Of a stretch of 64,000 nt of DNA, positions 10,487 to 19,611 are shown piece by piece. Both the position numbers and the translations under genes were made by a program. Origin of the DNA: Anaerolineales bacterium (GTDB lineage Bacteria; Chloroflexota; Anaerolineae; Anaerolineales; UBA4823); assembly GCA_049287485.1 (NCBI GenBank), contig JBAQFX010000005.1, forward strand, positions 1,052 through 65,051, given 5' to 3'. The notes under the pieces were generated by a model. It was not told where the DNA came from and did no database searches. It worked only from the letters and a program-made list of their open reading frames with translations. The stretch's first letter is position 1. Each line of letters begins with the position of its first letter.

Positions 10487-10504
10487 TATTTTCTTATTCG
10501 TTGA

Positions 10505-12817
10505 ATGAGTAAACGAGCATCCAAAAAGTTTATGAATAATAGAATTGCGAAAATCCGCCTATTGATGATGATCATCATGGCGCTCATCCTGATGGGATGC
10601 AGCCAATCTGCGCTCACAACCCCAACATCCACCGTAATTGCCGAACCTACTTCTACCCTGCCTGGACCACAAGTGAAGACTACCGATGTTCCAGATCCGC
10701 GTCTGACGGCACAAGCATACCTCGCCCATTGGAAGGCAGAGGAGTATCCTGCCATGTATGCCATGCTGACTGAAGTCAGTCAGGATGCGATTAACGAAGC
10801 TGATTTCACCGCTCGTTACCAGAGTGTCGCAAACGAAGCTGCTTTAAGTTCTTGGGATTACGAGATTCTCTCTTCCTTGAAAAACCCGGAAAGCGGTCAG
10901 GTGGGATATAAAGTGATCCTGCATAGCATCCTGGTTGGTGATATTAACCGCGATACGCTGATGAACCTGAGTCTGGAAAACGGGCAATGGCGCATCCAAT
11001 GGGACGATTCGTTAATCCTGCCCGAATTGCGTGGGGGCAACCACCTTTATATGGACTATCGCATCCCTTCTCGGGGAAATATCTATTCGAGTGACGGTCG
11101 TGCGCTTGTGGCTCAGGCTGATGCTGTTGCCATTGGTTTGGATACTGCAGCGGTCGACCCCGATCAGGAAGATGGATTATTAGGTGAAATTTATCGCCTT
11201 ACCGGGGTTCACCCTGAGACATTGTCTGGGATGATCGAAGCCTGGCGCCCATTTGGGTATTACCTTCCTGTAGCTGATATTTCCATCGATGCCTTGGGAT
11301 CCAGGGAGGCAGTTTTGGCAGGTTACTCAGGGGTTATCCTGTCGCCATTTCGTACTCGTTATTATTTTGATGATGGCATTTCCCCTCATGTTTTGGGCTA
11401 CATGAGCCTGATCCAACCTGACGAAGTGGATTATTATAAACGTCTGGGTTATCGGATAGACGAACGTGTGGGGCGCGATGGGCTGGAATATTATGCTGAA
11501 AAATCGCTGGCTGGTGCGCGCGGCGGTGCTTTATATGTCGTCGATGCCAATAAAAACATCATCACTCAGCTGGACTCCAGGGAACCTCAACCAGCCGAGG
11601 CGGTTTATACCACTCTCGATTATGACTTGCAATTGGGGCTGCAGCGCAGTAACGCTCTTAGTGAAGGTATGCAAGGTGCTGTTGTTGTCTTGGAGCGCGA
11701 TACTGGCAGGGTGTTGGCTATGCTTTCTTCGCCTGGCTTCAACCCCAATCTATTCGAGCCAGCCAACTTCAATTACAGCTATTTAATCAATGATCTGTAT
11801 GCCCCTACCACCCCACTGCTTAATCGGGCAACTCAGGGCTTATATCCGCTTGGTTCAGTTTTTAAGATTGTGACCATGTCGGCGGCTTTACAGAGCGGGT
11901 TATATACCCAGGATAGTGAATATGATTGCGGTTACTTCTTTACCGAGCTTCCGGGTATGCAACCACATGATTGGACCTATGATCATTACCTGGAGGATGG
12001 AAAAACTCAGCCTAGCGGCCGGTTAACCTTACCGGAAGGTCTGATGCGCTCATGCAACCCCTTCTTCTGGCACATCGGATTGGATTTTTACAACCGCGGT
12101 ATGTTCACTGCCATATCCGATATGGCGCGCGGGTTTGGTTTGGGCAGCTCAACTGGCATCGAGATCGGTGATGCCGAAGGGCAGATCCCAGACCCGACGA
12201 GTCAGGTTGACGCCATCAATCTGGCGATTGCTCAAGGGAACACATTAATCACCCCCTTGCAGGTGGCTGATTTTGTGGCTGCGGTGGGTAACGGGGGCAC
12301 ACTATACACACCTCATGTCATCGATCGGATTGTGCCTGTGGTGGGCGATCCAACCTATGTCTTTACTCCTACCGTGCGTGGAACGTTGCCTGTCTCACCT
12401 GAAAATCTTTCGATTGTCCAGGACGCCTTGGTTAGTGTGGTCATGAATCCACGTGGTACCGCATATCGCACCAGTGCGTTTGGCCTTAACAGCTTCGTAA
12501 CCAACACTGGCATCCCGGTAGCCGCTAAAACTGGAACAGCAGAATCAGGGTATGGCGATCCCCATGCTTGGTTTGCGGGTTATACCTTTGCAGAACGTGA
12601 AAATCGTCCTGATATTGCTGTAGCTGTCCTGGTGGAGAATGGTGGTGAAGGCTCGGTGGTAGCTGAGCCAATCTTCCGGCGTGTTTTGGAAATTTATTTC
12701 CTGGGAAGTCCGCAGATTCGTTATCCATGGGAAGCGCAGGTTGGCATAGTTGCCACGCCCACACCCGAGGCAACGGAGACCGCCACCCCTGAAGCCACCG
12801 AAACCAGCACTCCCTAG
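10505..12817 (+). CDS. Class B penicillin-binding protein (PBP2-type transpeptidase) with an NTF2-like N-terminal domain
   Basis: It has SxxK (GSVFK), SxN (SCN) and KTGT motifs, and a lipoprotein-like signal. The C-terminal tail is a PEATET repeat. Confidence 0.85.
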   Translation: MSKRASKKFMNNRIAKIRLLMMIIMALILMGCSQSALTTPTSTVIAEPTSTLPGPQVKTTDVPDPRLTAQAYLAHWKAEEYPAMYAMLTEVSQDAINEADFTARYQSVANEAALSSWDYEILSSLKNPESGQVGYKVILHSILVGDINRDTLMNLSLENGQWRIQWDDSLILPELRGGNHLYMDYRIPSRGNIYSSDGRALVAQADAVAIGLDTAAVDPDQEDGLLGEIYRLTGVHPETLSGMIEAWRPFGYYLPVADISIDALGSREAVLAGYSGVILSPFRTRYYFDDGISPHVLGYMSLIQPDEVDYYKRLGYRIDERVGRDGLEYYAEKSLAGARGGALYVVDANKNIITQLDSREPQPAEAVYTTLDYDLQLGLQRSNALSEGMQGAVVVLERDTGRVLAMLSSPGFNPNLFEPANFNYSYLINDLYAPTTPLLNRATQGLYPLGSVFKIVTMSAALQSGLYTQDSEYDCGYFFTELPGMQPHDWTYDHYLEDGKTQPSGRLTLPEGLMRSCNPFFWHIGLDFYNRGMFTAISDMARGFGLGSSTGIEIGDAEGQIPDPTSQVDAINLAIAQGNTLITPLQVADFVAAVGNGGTLYTPHVIDRIVPVVGDPTYVFTPTVRGTLPVSPENLSIVQDALVSVVMNPRGTAYRTSAFGLNSFVTNTGIPVAAKTGTAESGYGDPHAWFAGYTFAERENRPDIAVAVLVENGGEGSVVAEPIFRRVLEIYFLGSPQIRYPWEAQVGIVATPTPEATETATPEATETSTP

Positions 12818-12832
12818 AGACTTGTAAATAGC

Positions 12833-13738
12833 TTGCGTGGCTTAATTATTCGCTCACAATCTGGTTTTTATACCGTTGAGACTGAAACGGGTAATCTTAT
12901 CTGCCAGTTGCGAGGCCGGCTAAAACAGGGCAGGCGTAAGGGAGATATTGTCGCAGTGGGGGATTGGGTTAAACTATCCCCATTACCAGATGGCTCGGGG
13001 ATCATAGAAGAAGTAGAGCCTCGCCAGCGCTTGCTGTCACGCATCGCACCCACACCACGCGGAGAATACCAGCAGATCATCGTTGCCAATCTCGACCAGG
13101 CAGTCTTTGTATTTGCCTGCACCAAGCCTGGATTAAGGCCAGGCATGCTGGATCGTTTCCTGGTGGTCGCTGAAAAGCAGGCTATCCCTGTTTTGATCGT
13201 AGCCAACAAGGTGGATTTGGTGGGTATCTCTCAAGCCGAAGCATTGTTTTCCCATTATGAAGCTCTTGGATATTCTCTTATTTATTCCTCCGCGAAAACT
13301 AGAGCTGGTGTACCGGAGTTGGCTGAAATGCTCCACGGGAAAATTTCGGTTTTTGCGGGCCCCTCTGGTGTGGGCAAATCTAGCCTACTAAATGCCATCC
13401 AGCCGGGGCTTGGGCTGGCTGTCCGCTCAGTAAGCGATCTGACAGAGAAAGGTCGACATACAACTGTTGTCCGGCAATTATTTCCCTTGTCCGGTGGTGG
13501 GTATGTAGCCGATACACCGGGTCTTAAAGCCATGGCGCTGTGGGATATCCGCCCGGAAGAGCTCGATGGTTATTTTCCAGAATTGCGTCGATTAGTGGAT
13601 GACTGCCAATTTAGCGATTGTACCCATACGCATGAACCTGGTTGTGCTGTGCTCGCAGCACTAAAGAGAGGAGAAATCCATCCCGAACGCTACGCTTCCT
13701 ATGTGAGGATGCGGTTGAGCCAGGACGAATACGATTGA
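12833..13738 (+). CDS. rsgA: Ribosome small-subunit biogenesis GTPase RsgA
   Basis: It has the circularly permuted GTPase motifs (NKVDL ... GPSGVGKSSLLN) and the zinc cluster CQFSDCTHTHEPGC. The start codon is TTG. Confidence 0.9.
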   Translation: MRGLIIRSQSGFYTVETETGNLICQLRGRLKQGRRKGDIVAVGDWVKLSPLPDGSGIIEEVEPRQRLLSRIAPTPRGEYQQIIVANLDQAVFVFACTKPGLRPGMLDRFLVVAEKQAIPVLIVANKVDLVGISQAEALFSHYEALGYSLIYSSAKTRAGVPELAEMLHGKISVFAGPSGVGKSSLLNAIQPGLGLAVRSVSDLTEKGRHTTVVRQLFPLSGGGYVADTPGLKAMALWDIRPEELDGYFPELRRLVDDCQFSDCTHTHEPGCAVLAALKRGEIHPERYASYVRMRLSQDEYD

Positions 13739-13946
13739 TGAACAATGCGATGAGTAGATATTTTATGGAATAATTTGTTCAGAAAGATGTATAATTTATC
13801 TTAAGTTATGTTTTTCAAAGAAAATATTTTTGAGCTTAAGTTACCCACAGGATGAGTTTCTCTCTTATGGGGTGTTTTCGTCTCAATAATGTATTGCCTT
13901 TGAACCATTTCAATTCCGAAGGAGTATTAATAAAAGGGAACTAGGC

Positions 13947-14552
13947 ATGTCGAGTTGTTCGGAGAAGAAGGAAGCGATTTTAGATTCTGAATTGATCATT
14001 AGCTTGCAGACTGGTAGTCTCGACTCGTTGGGCGTTCTCTATGATCGCCATCGAGGATTGGTCTTTCGCACAGCGATAGCCGTCACCGGGGACGCAGAAG
14101 CAGCAGCTGATCTGTTGCATGATGTCTTTCTACGGCTGCATCGTTTTGCCAGTCATGTTGACCCTGAAAGGCCACTTGAACCCTGGTTGTGCCGCATGAC
14201 TACCAATCTGTCTTACACCTGGGTCAAACGCCGGCAGCGTTGGTTGCGTCCTTTGGAGGATGTGGCAGATTGGCTGGCTGGCACACGCAAGGATACGCCT
14301 GCCTATCAGGCTGAGATGGATGACTCGTGGCGACAGGTGCAGCAAGCAGTATCGTCATTACCTCTTTCTCACCGAGGCGTGGTTGTGCTGTATTATGTCA
14401 ACGACCTCTCGCTGCAAGAGATATCTGAGATCCTCGACATCCCTGTGGGAACGGTAAAATCACGCTTGCACTATGGCCGTCAGGCATTAAAACAAAAGCT
14501 GGGACTAATGGCTGGTGAGATCTTGCCTGAGTTGCAATATGAGTTTACCTAG
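13947..14552 (+). CDS. ECF-type RNA polymerase sigma-70 factor
   Basis: A 201-aa ORF with sigma region 2 (DLLHDVFLRL) and region 4 HTH (LSLQEISEILDIPVGTVKSRLHYGR). Confidence 0.8.
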   Translation: MSSCSEKKEAILDSELIISLQTGSLDSLGVLYDRHRGLVFRTAIAVTGDAEAAADLLHDVFLRLHRFASHVDPERPLEPWLCRMTTNLSYTWVKRRQRWLRPLEDVADWLAGTRKDTPAYQAEMDDSWRQVQQAVSSLPLSHRGVVVLYYVNDLSLQEISEILDIPVGTVKSRLHYGRQALKQKLGLMAGEILPELQYEFT

Positions 14553-14639
14553 TTCAGGTTACTACTCCGTGGATAGTGGTTGATGGATGGAAGGCTTGGT
14601 TCAAATCATGCTTTCCCATGGGTTCAAAGGTGGTGAGTT

Positions 14640-14900
14640 ATGGATAAAAAGTCAGATGCGCTCCTCAGAAAAATACTGAAAAATTGGGTGAACAAGCAAT
14701 GCCCACCTGAAAACGGACGCGCCCGTTTATTATGGGAAGCAGCACAGGTTTCTCACAGTAAATTTGATTTATCTGTGTTTCGCGTGCTTCCTCAATACAG
14801 ATCATTTCCTTCATCCTCTTCAAACGATTGGCCACAGACGCTCTTCACCTGGATAAGTCAAAACTCTTTCCAGTTTGGAATCCAGGCACGCCTTAGTTAG
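14640..14900 (+). CDS. Small hypothetical protein downstream of the ECF sigma (possible cognate partner or anti-sigma)
   Basis: An 86-aa ORF with the RBS GGTGGTGAG upstream. Its stop lies 1 nt before the ATG of the following SBP gene. I see no recognisable domain. Confidence 0.4.
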   Translation: MDKKSDALLRKILKNWVNKQCPPENGRARLLWEAAQVSHSKFDLSVFRVLPQYRSFPSSSSNDWPQTLFTWISQNSFQFGIQARLS

Positions 14901-14901
14901 C

Positions 14902-16854
14902 ATGCGTTATAAAAACCTGATGATGGTTTTGATGCTAATTGGGTTAGTGGCGTGCAACCAGGGGAATGCGTACACAGGAAACCTGCCCCAAAAACCGACT
15001 GGTGAGGTGATGGTGGTTTCTCCTTCTTCGACAACCTCTTCTTCCCCGATAATAACGAGTACACCTACCTTAACACCGGCTCGTTTGCTAACGGTTTGTT
15101 TAGTACATGAGCCACGTTCGCTATTCTTGTATAACGCTGTATCTAAATCTGAGCAAAGTGTCTTGGCTGCTATTTATGATGGCCCGATTGACGTAAAGGA
15201 TTTCACTGCCAAACCGGTCATACTACAGAACATGCCCTCCTTGGCAAATGGAACTGCTGTGCTTCAAAGTGTTCAAGTCAATGCGGGAGATTTAATCGTG
15301 GACGCCCAGGGGAACGTGGCCAACCTGGAGCAGGGTACGTCTTATCGACCAAGTGGCTGTAGTGAGCTTGCCTGCACGCAAGTTTATTCGGGCACCGTCC
15401 CAATCCAGATGGATCAGCTCGTCTTGGATTTCAAACTGCTACCTGACTTACAATGGTCAGATGGCACGCCCCTCACCGCTGCCGATTCAGTCTATTCTTA
15501 TGAAATCGCCCATAGTTTATACCCATCTGCTTTGCCAGATCTAGTGAGTCGCACTACCTCATACAAGTCACTGGATGATCTCACCGTGGAATGGGTGGGC
15601 TTACCAGGCTATATGGATGGCCTTTATCAGACCAAGTTTTTTTCACCGCTACCGCAACATGCCTGGGCAAGCATTCCCGTCAGTGACCTATCCAGTGATG
15701 AAATTTCCTCCAGAAAACCGATTGGCTGGGGCGCCTACGTGATTGATGAATGGGTAACGGGTGACCACATCTCTTTACACGAAAACCCCCTTTACTTTCG
15801 AGCAGCTGAAGGTTTACCACACTTTAATAACTTGGTATACCGATTTGTTGCTGATGATAGCGAAGGCTTATCCGCGGTCCTGGCCGGTGAATGTGATCTG
15901 GTGGAGCAATCTGCTGGGTTTGAGATCCAGACTGATTCACTATTTCAGCTAGAAAACGAGGGTAGGATCTCCCTCGAATTTCAGCCTGCTTTTGCCTGGG
16001 ATTTGATTGAGTTCAATATCACCCCTTTGAGTGCAGATCGTCCATCATTTTTTGCTTCCAAAGAAGTTCGCCAGGCTGTGGCAATGTGTATTGATCGTCA
16101 GTCCTTGGTGAATCACCTCTCCGCAGGGCACATGCAAGTAGCTGATCTGTATGTACCTTCTGAACACCCATACTATAACCCTGAGGCAGTGCACTATTCC
16201 TTCGATCCACAGGCGGCCTCAGATTTGCTGAGTGCTTCAGGTTGGCTGGATGTGGATAATGATTCATCCACCCCACGTGTATCACAAGGTGTCGAGGCTA
16301 TTGCCGATGGCACAGCCTTTTCTGTGCAGTTTTTGACCTCAGATGACGCAGAACATCAAATGGCTGCGCAGATGATCCAATCAGATCTGTCTCAATGCGG
16401 TATTCAGTTGAATATTGAGGCACTACCTGCACAACAATTCCTGGCTTCTGGACCTGATGGTCCTGTGTTTGGGCGCCAGTTTGATCTGGCCCAGTATGCC
16501 TGGATGACTTCTATAGAGCCTCCCTGTTCCTTGTTCCTTAACAATGAAATTCCAGGCCCGTACCCCGACTACCCGAAAGGGTGGGGAGGCGTTAATGCCA
16601 GTGGGTATCGTAATCCACAATATGACCAATCCTGCCTGGATGCGCTATACTCCCTGCCCGATATGCCACAACACGTGCAAGAACACGCCGAGGCACAAGC
16701 CATTTTCGCTGAGGATCTGCCTGCGCTACCACTTTACTGGCATTACCGGGTGACCGTGGGACGCCCGGATTTGTGTGGTATCCCTCAACAAACTGTGACC
16801 GAAAGTATCTTTTCAGATTTAGAGTTGTTTAATTACGGAGAGGGTTGCCCGTAA
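14902..16854 (+). CDS. ABC transporter substrate-binding lipoprotein, family 5 (peptide/nickel type), paralogue 1
   Basis: It has a lipobox (LIGLVAC). It shares blocks with the next SBP (AIYDGPID, WSDGTPLTAADSVY, IGWG.YVIDEW). Confidence 0.8.
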   Translation: MRYKNLMMVLMLIGLVACNQGNAYTGNLPQKPTGEVMVVSPSSTTSSSPIITSTPTLTPARLLTVCLVHEPRSLFLYNAVSKSEQSVLAAIYDGPIDVKDFTAKPVILQNMPSLANGTAVLQSVQVNAGDLIVDAQGNVANLEQGTSYRPSGCSELACTQVYSGTVPIQMDQLVLDFKLLPDLQWSDGTPLTAADSVYSYEIAHSLYPSALPDLVSRTTSYKSLDDLTVEWVGLPGYMDGLYQTKFFSPLPQHAWASIPVSDLSSDEISSRKPIGWGAYVIDEWVTGDHISLHENPLYFRAAEGLPHFNNLVYRFVADDSEGLSAVLAGECDLVEQSAGFEIQTDSLFQLENEGRISLEFQPAFAWDLIEFNITPLSADRPSFFASKEVRQAVAMCIDRQSLVNHLSAGHMQVADLYVPSEHPYYNPEAVHYSFDPQAASDLLSASGWLDVDNDSSTPRVSQGVEAIADGTAFSVQFLTSDDAEHQMAAQMIQSDLSQCGIQLNIEALPAQQFLASGPDGPVFGRQFDLAQYAWMTSIEPPCSLFLNNEIPGPYPDYPKGWGGVNASGYRNPQYDQSCLDALYSLPDMPQHVQEHAEAQAIFAEDLPALPLYWHYRVTVGRPDLCGIPQQTVTESIFSDLELFNYGEGCP

Positions 16855-17241
16855 ACTTGTAATCGCTAGTGCTTTTTGCTAGTGTTAATTGTCATCGCGG
16901 AATCCATCGGCTTGTTGATGGAAGGAGAACGCTCTTTGCTCGATGAAGCTATCTTGTAATTGTATTATTCATAACAAGTGTGTCTGCATAACGCAAAGAT
17001 CATTCCTCGCTATGACCACAATGAGTCATAAAGATGACCATTGACCAATTGGAGGATTTTGAGTATATTTTAGAGGTTAACGAAAGGTTAGGAATACGTT
17101 ATAATAATCCTCCATAAATTAACCTAACCCACTGAAAGGAGGTGGTTTTTCGGGAATAACGTGATGTTATGAACGCAAGACCCAAAATTAATTGAGCAAC
17201 AAAATCCAAACCAAACTAAATTCTCTTTGGAGGAGAAAATA

Positions 17242-19266
17242 ATGTCCCGTAAATCAATTTTATTAGCCCTGAGCTTTTTGGCTCTCGTAGCCCTGGCGCT
17301 CGCGGCATGCACACCGACGGAAGTTGTCAAGACCGTCATTGTGACTCAAGAAGTCATGGTAGAAGGGACCCCGGTGGTGCAAGAGGTTGTTGTGACAGCC
17401 ACCCCCGCTCCCGTTCTACCCACCGAAGCCGCCCCTCGCACCCTGGTCATCTGCATGGGTCAGGAGCCTGACACCCTGTATATTAATGGTGGTAGCATGC
17501 TGGCCGCTTCACAGGTTCAGGAAGCCATTTACGATGGCCCGATCGATAACCGAACCTTCGACTATCAGCCAATCATCCTGGAGAAGCTGCCCAGCCTGGC
17601 TGATGGCGATGCAGTGATCAATCAGGTCGCTGTTGCCGAGGGTGATACCGTGGCGGATAACGATGGCAACCCGGCTACCCTGACCGCTAAGACCACCGAT
17701 ACCCCCGGTACCCTGGTGCGCCCGGCTGGCTGCCGCTCGGCAGACTGCGCTGTGGAGTATGATGGCAGCAACGTCACCCAGATGGACCAGATGGAAGTCA
17801 CCTTCAAGTTGCTGCCTGGTCTGATGTGGTCGGATGGCACCCCGCTGACTGCCGCTGACTCGGTTTATGACTTCGGTTTGTATATGGATCCTGATACCCC
17901 CACCCCGAGCCGCTACACTGGTGAACGGACTGCTTCTTATGTAGCCACAGATGATGTGACCAATGTCTGGACCGGCTTACCGGGCTACATGGACTCCGTG
18001 TACTTTGCCAACTTCTGGCATCCACTCCCGCAGCATGTCATGGGTCAATATGCCGCTGCCGATCTGGTTACAGCGTTTGATGCCGATCAGTTGTGGATAG
18101 GTTGGGGACCGTATGTCATCGACGAGTGGGTCAAGGGTGAGCAAATCACCCTGCACAAGAACCCCAATTACTTCCGCGCCAGCGAAGGCCTGCCCAAGTT
18201 CGATAACCTGGTCTATCGCCTGACTGCTGGCGATGCCAATGCCGCTATCGCCGCCGTGCTGGCTGGCGAGTGCGACATCGTCGACCAAACCACTTCTCTG
18301 GACGCCCAGTCACAATTGTTGCTCCAGTTGCAGGCCAAGGGTCAGGTCAACGCCACCTTCGTCACCGGCACCACCTGGGAGCATGCAGATTTTGGAATCC
18401 GGCCTGCTGTCGACTATCTCAATACTGGTGACTTTTCCGGTATGGACACAGATGGTGATGGTGTAGGTCCCTTCGGGGATGCCCGCCTGCGCCAGGCTGT
18501 GGCCATGTGCATGGACCGCCAGTCCGTGGTTGACACCGTGCTGTATGGTCAGTCGATCGTGATCGATACCTACCTGCCACCCAACCACCCGCTGTATAAC
18601 GCTGATTCTAAGCATTACGATTATGACCCAGATGCCGCCGCGGCTCTCTTGGATGAGGTCGGCTGGCTGGATGCAGATGGCGACCCGGCAACCCCACGCG
18701 TTGCTTCGGGTGTAACCGGTGTTCCGGATGGTACGGAACTGATCTTCAAGTTCGAGACTACCAATGCCGCCATGCGCCAGCAATATACCCAGATTCTGGC
18801 TCAGAGCATGGCAGGTTGCGGCATTGGAGTCACCCTGAATTACTGGAACTCCACCCAGTGGTTCGCCGATGGTCCAGAAGGACCGCTCTTCGGTTGCCAC
18901 TTCGACCTAGGTGCTTTCGCCTGGCTGACCGGCGTCCAACCACCTTGCGACCTGTACCTGACCTCCCAAATCCCCACAGCCGACACGGGTTGGGCTGGAC
19001 AGAACGATCCTGGCTACAGCAACCCTGATTACGATACGGCTTGCAACATGCAGCTCCAATCGCTACCTGGTGAGGATGCTTATGTAAAAGGCGCCAAGGA
19101 TGCCCAATACATCTTCTCGGAAGACTTACCGGTAGTGCCTCTGTTCCTGCGCCTCAAGCTGGCGGTAACTCGTCCGGATATGTGCAACTTCGTCATGGAT
19201 CCGACTGCCAATAGTGAGATGTGGAACATCGAGGAATTTGACTACGGTCCTAGCTGCGGTCAGTAA
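17242..19266 (+). CDS. ABC transporter substrate-binding lipoprotein, family 5, paralogue 2
   Basis: RBS GGAGGAG, lipobox LALAAC, and family-5 SBP blocks as in paralogue 1. Confidence 0.85.
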   Translation: MSRKSILLALSFLALVALALAACTPTEVVKTVIVTQEVMVEGTPVVQEVVVTATPAPVLPTEAAPRTLVICMGQEPDTLYINGGSMLAASQVQEAIYDGPIDNRTFDYQPIILEKLPSLADGDAVINQVAVAEGDTVADNDGNPATLTAKTTDTPGTLVRPAGCRSADCAVEYDGSNVTQMDQMEVTFKLLPGLMWSDGTPLTAADSVYDFGLYMDPDTPTPSRYTGERTASYVATDDVTNVWTGLPGYMDSVYFANFWHPLPQHVMGQYAAADLVTAFDADQLWIGWGPYVIDEWVKGEQITLHKNPNYFRASEGLPKFDNLVYRLTAGDANAAIAAVLAGECDIVDQTTSLDAQSQLLLQLQAKGQVNATFVTGTTWEHADFGIRPAVDYLNTGDFSGMDTDGDGVGPFGDARLRQAVAMCMDRQSVVDTVLYGQSIVIDTYLPPNHPLYNADSKHYDYDPDAAAALLDEVGWLDADGDPATPRVASGVTGVPDGTELIFKFETTNAAMRQQYTQILAQSMAGCGIGVTLNYWNSTQWFADGPEGPLFGCHFDLGAFAWLTGVQPPCDLYLTSQIPTADTGWAGQNDPGYSNPDYDTACNMQLQSLPGEDAYVKGAKDAQYIFSEDLPVVPLFLRLKLAVTRPDMCNFVMDPTANSEMWNIEEFDYGPSCGQ

Positions 19267-19311
19267 TCCACGCAGTGCACGTACATAGTCAAGTTTTATA
19301 GTAATGTTAGT

Positions 19312-19341
19312 AATGGTGGCAGTCAGATGACTGCCACCATT
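19312..19341 (+). terminator. Perfect 13-bp stem-loop downstream of the SBP gene (partial terminator or mRNA stabiliser)
   Basis: The sequence is aatggtggcagtc-agat-gactgccaccatt. There is no clean T-run after it. Confidence 0.5.
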
Positions 19342-19611
19342 CTTCATATTATGTTTGTAGATGAAACCGGGCATTTATTATTGGAATAATTCTATCCTAA
19401 CAATTTGAGCAATAGATTTTATTTTGCTGTATATTCAAAATAAATCCTTTTGTGCTAAGTATTAAATATACGCATTGAACCAAAACCTTGATAAATAGTA
19501 TTACTTATGAATTTGAAACTTTTCTGATCGATCGGTAAGGCAACTTTCCATAGCCGCTTGAGGTTGGCAGCTATGGAAGTTTGCCTTGCATCAATTGATG
19601 TGGAGGTTGTT

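Noticed and set aside
13790-13850. A direct repeat of cttaagtta (about 34 nt apart) upstream of the ECF sigma gene, considered as a possible regulator binding site.
   Set aside because: It is a single 9-nt repeat in very AT-rich DNA. A chance occurrence is plausible and no supporting symmetry or conservation can be assessed here.
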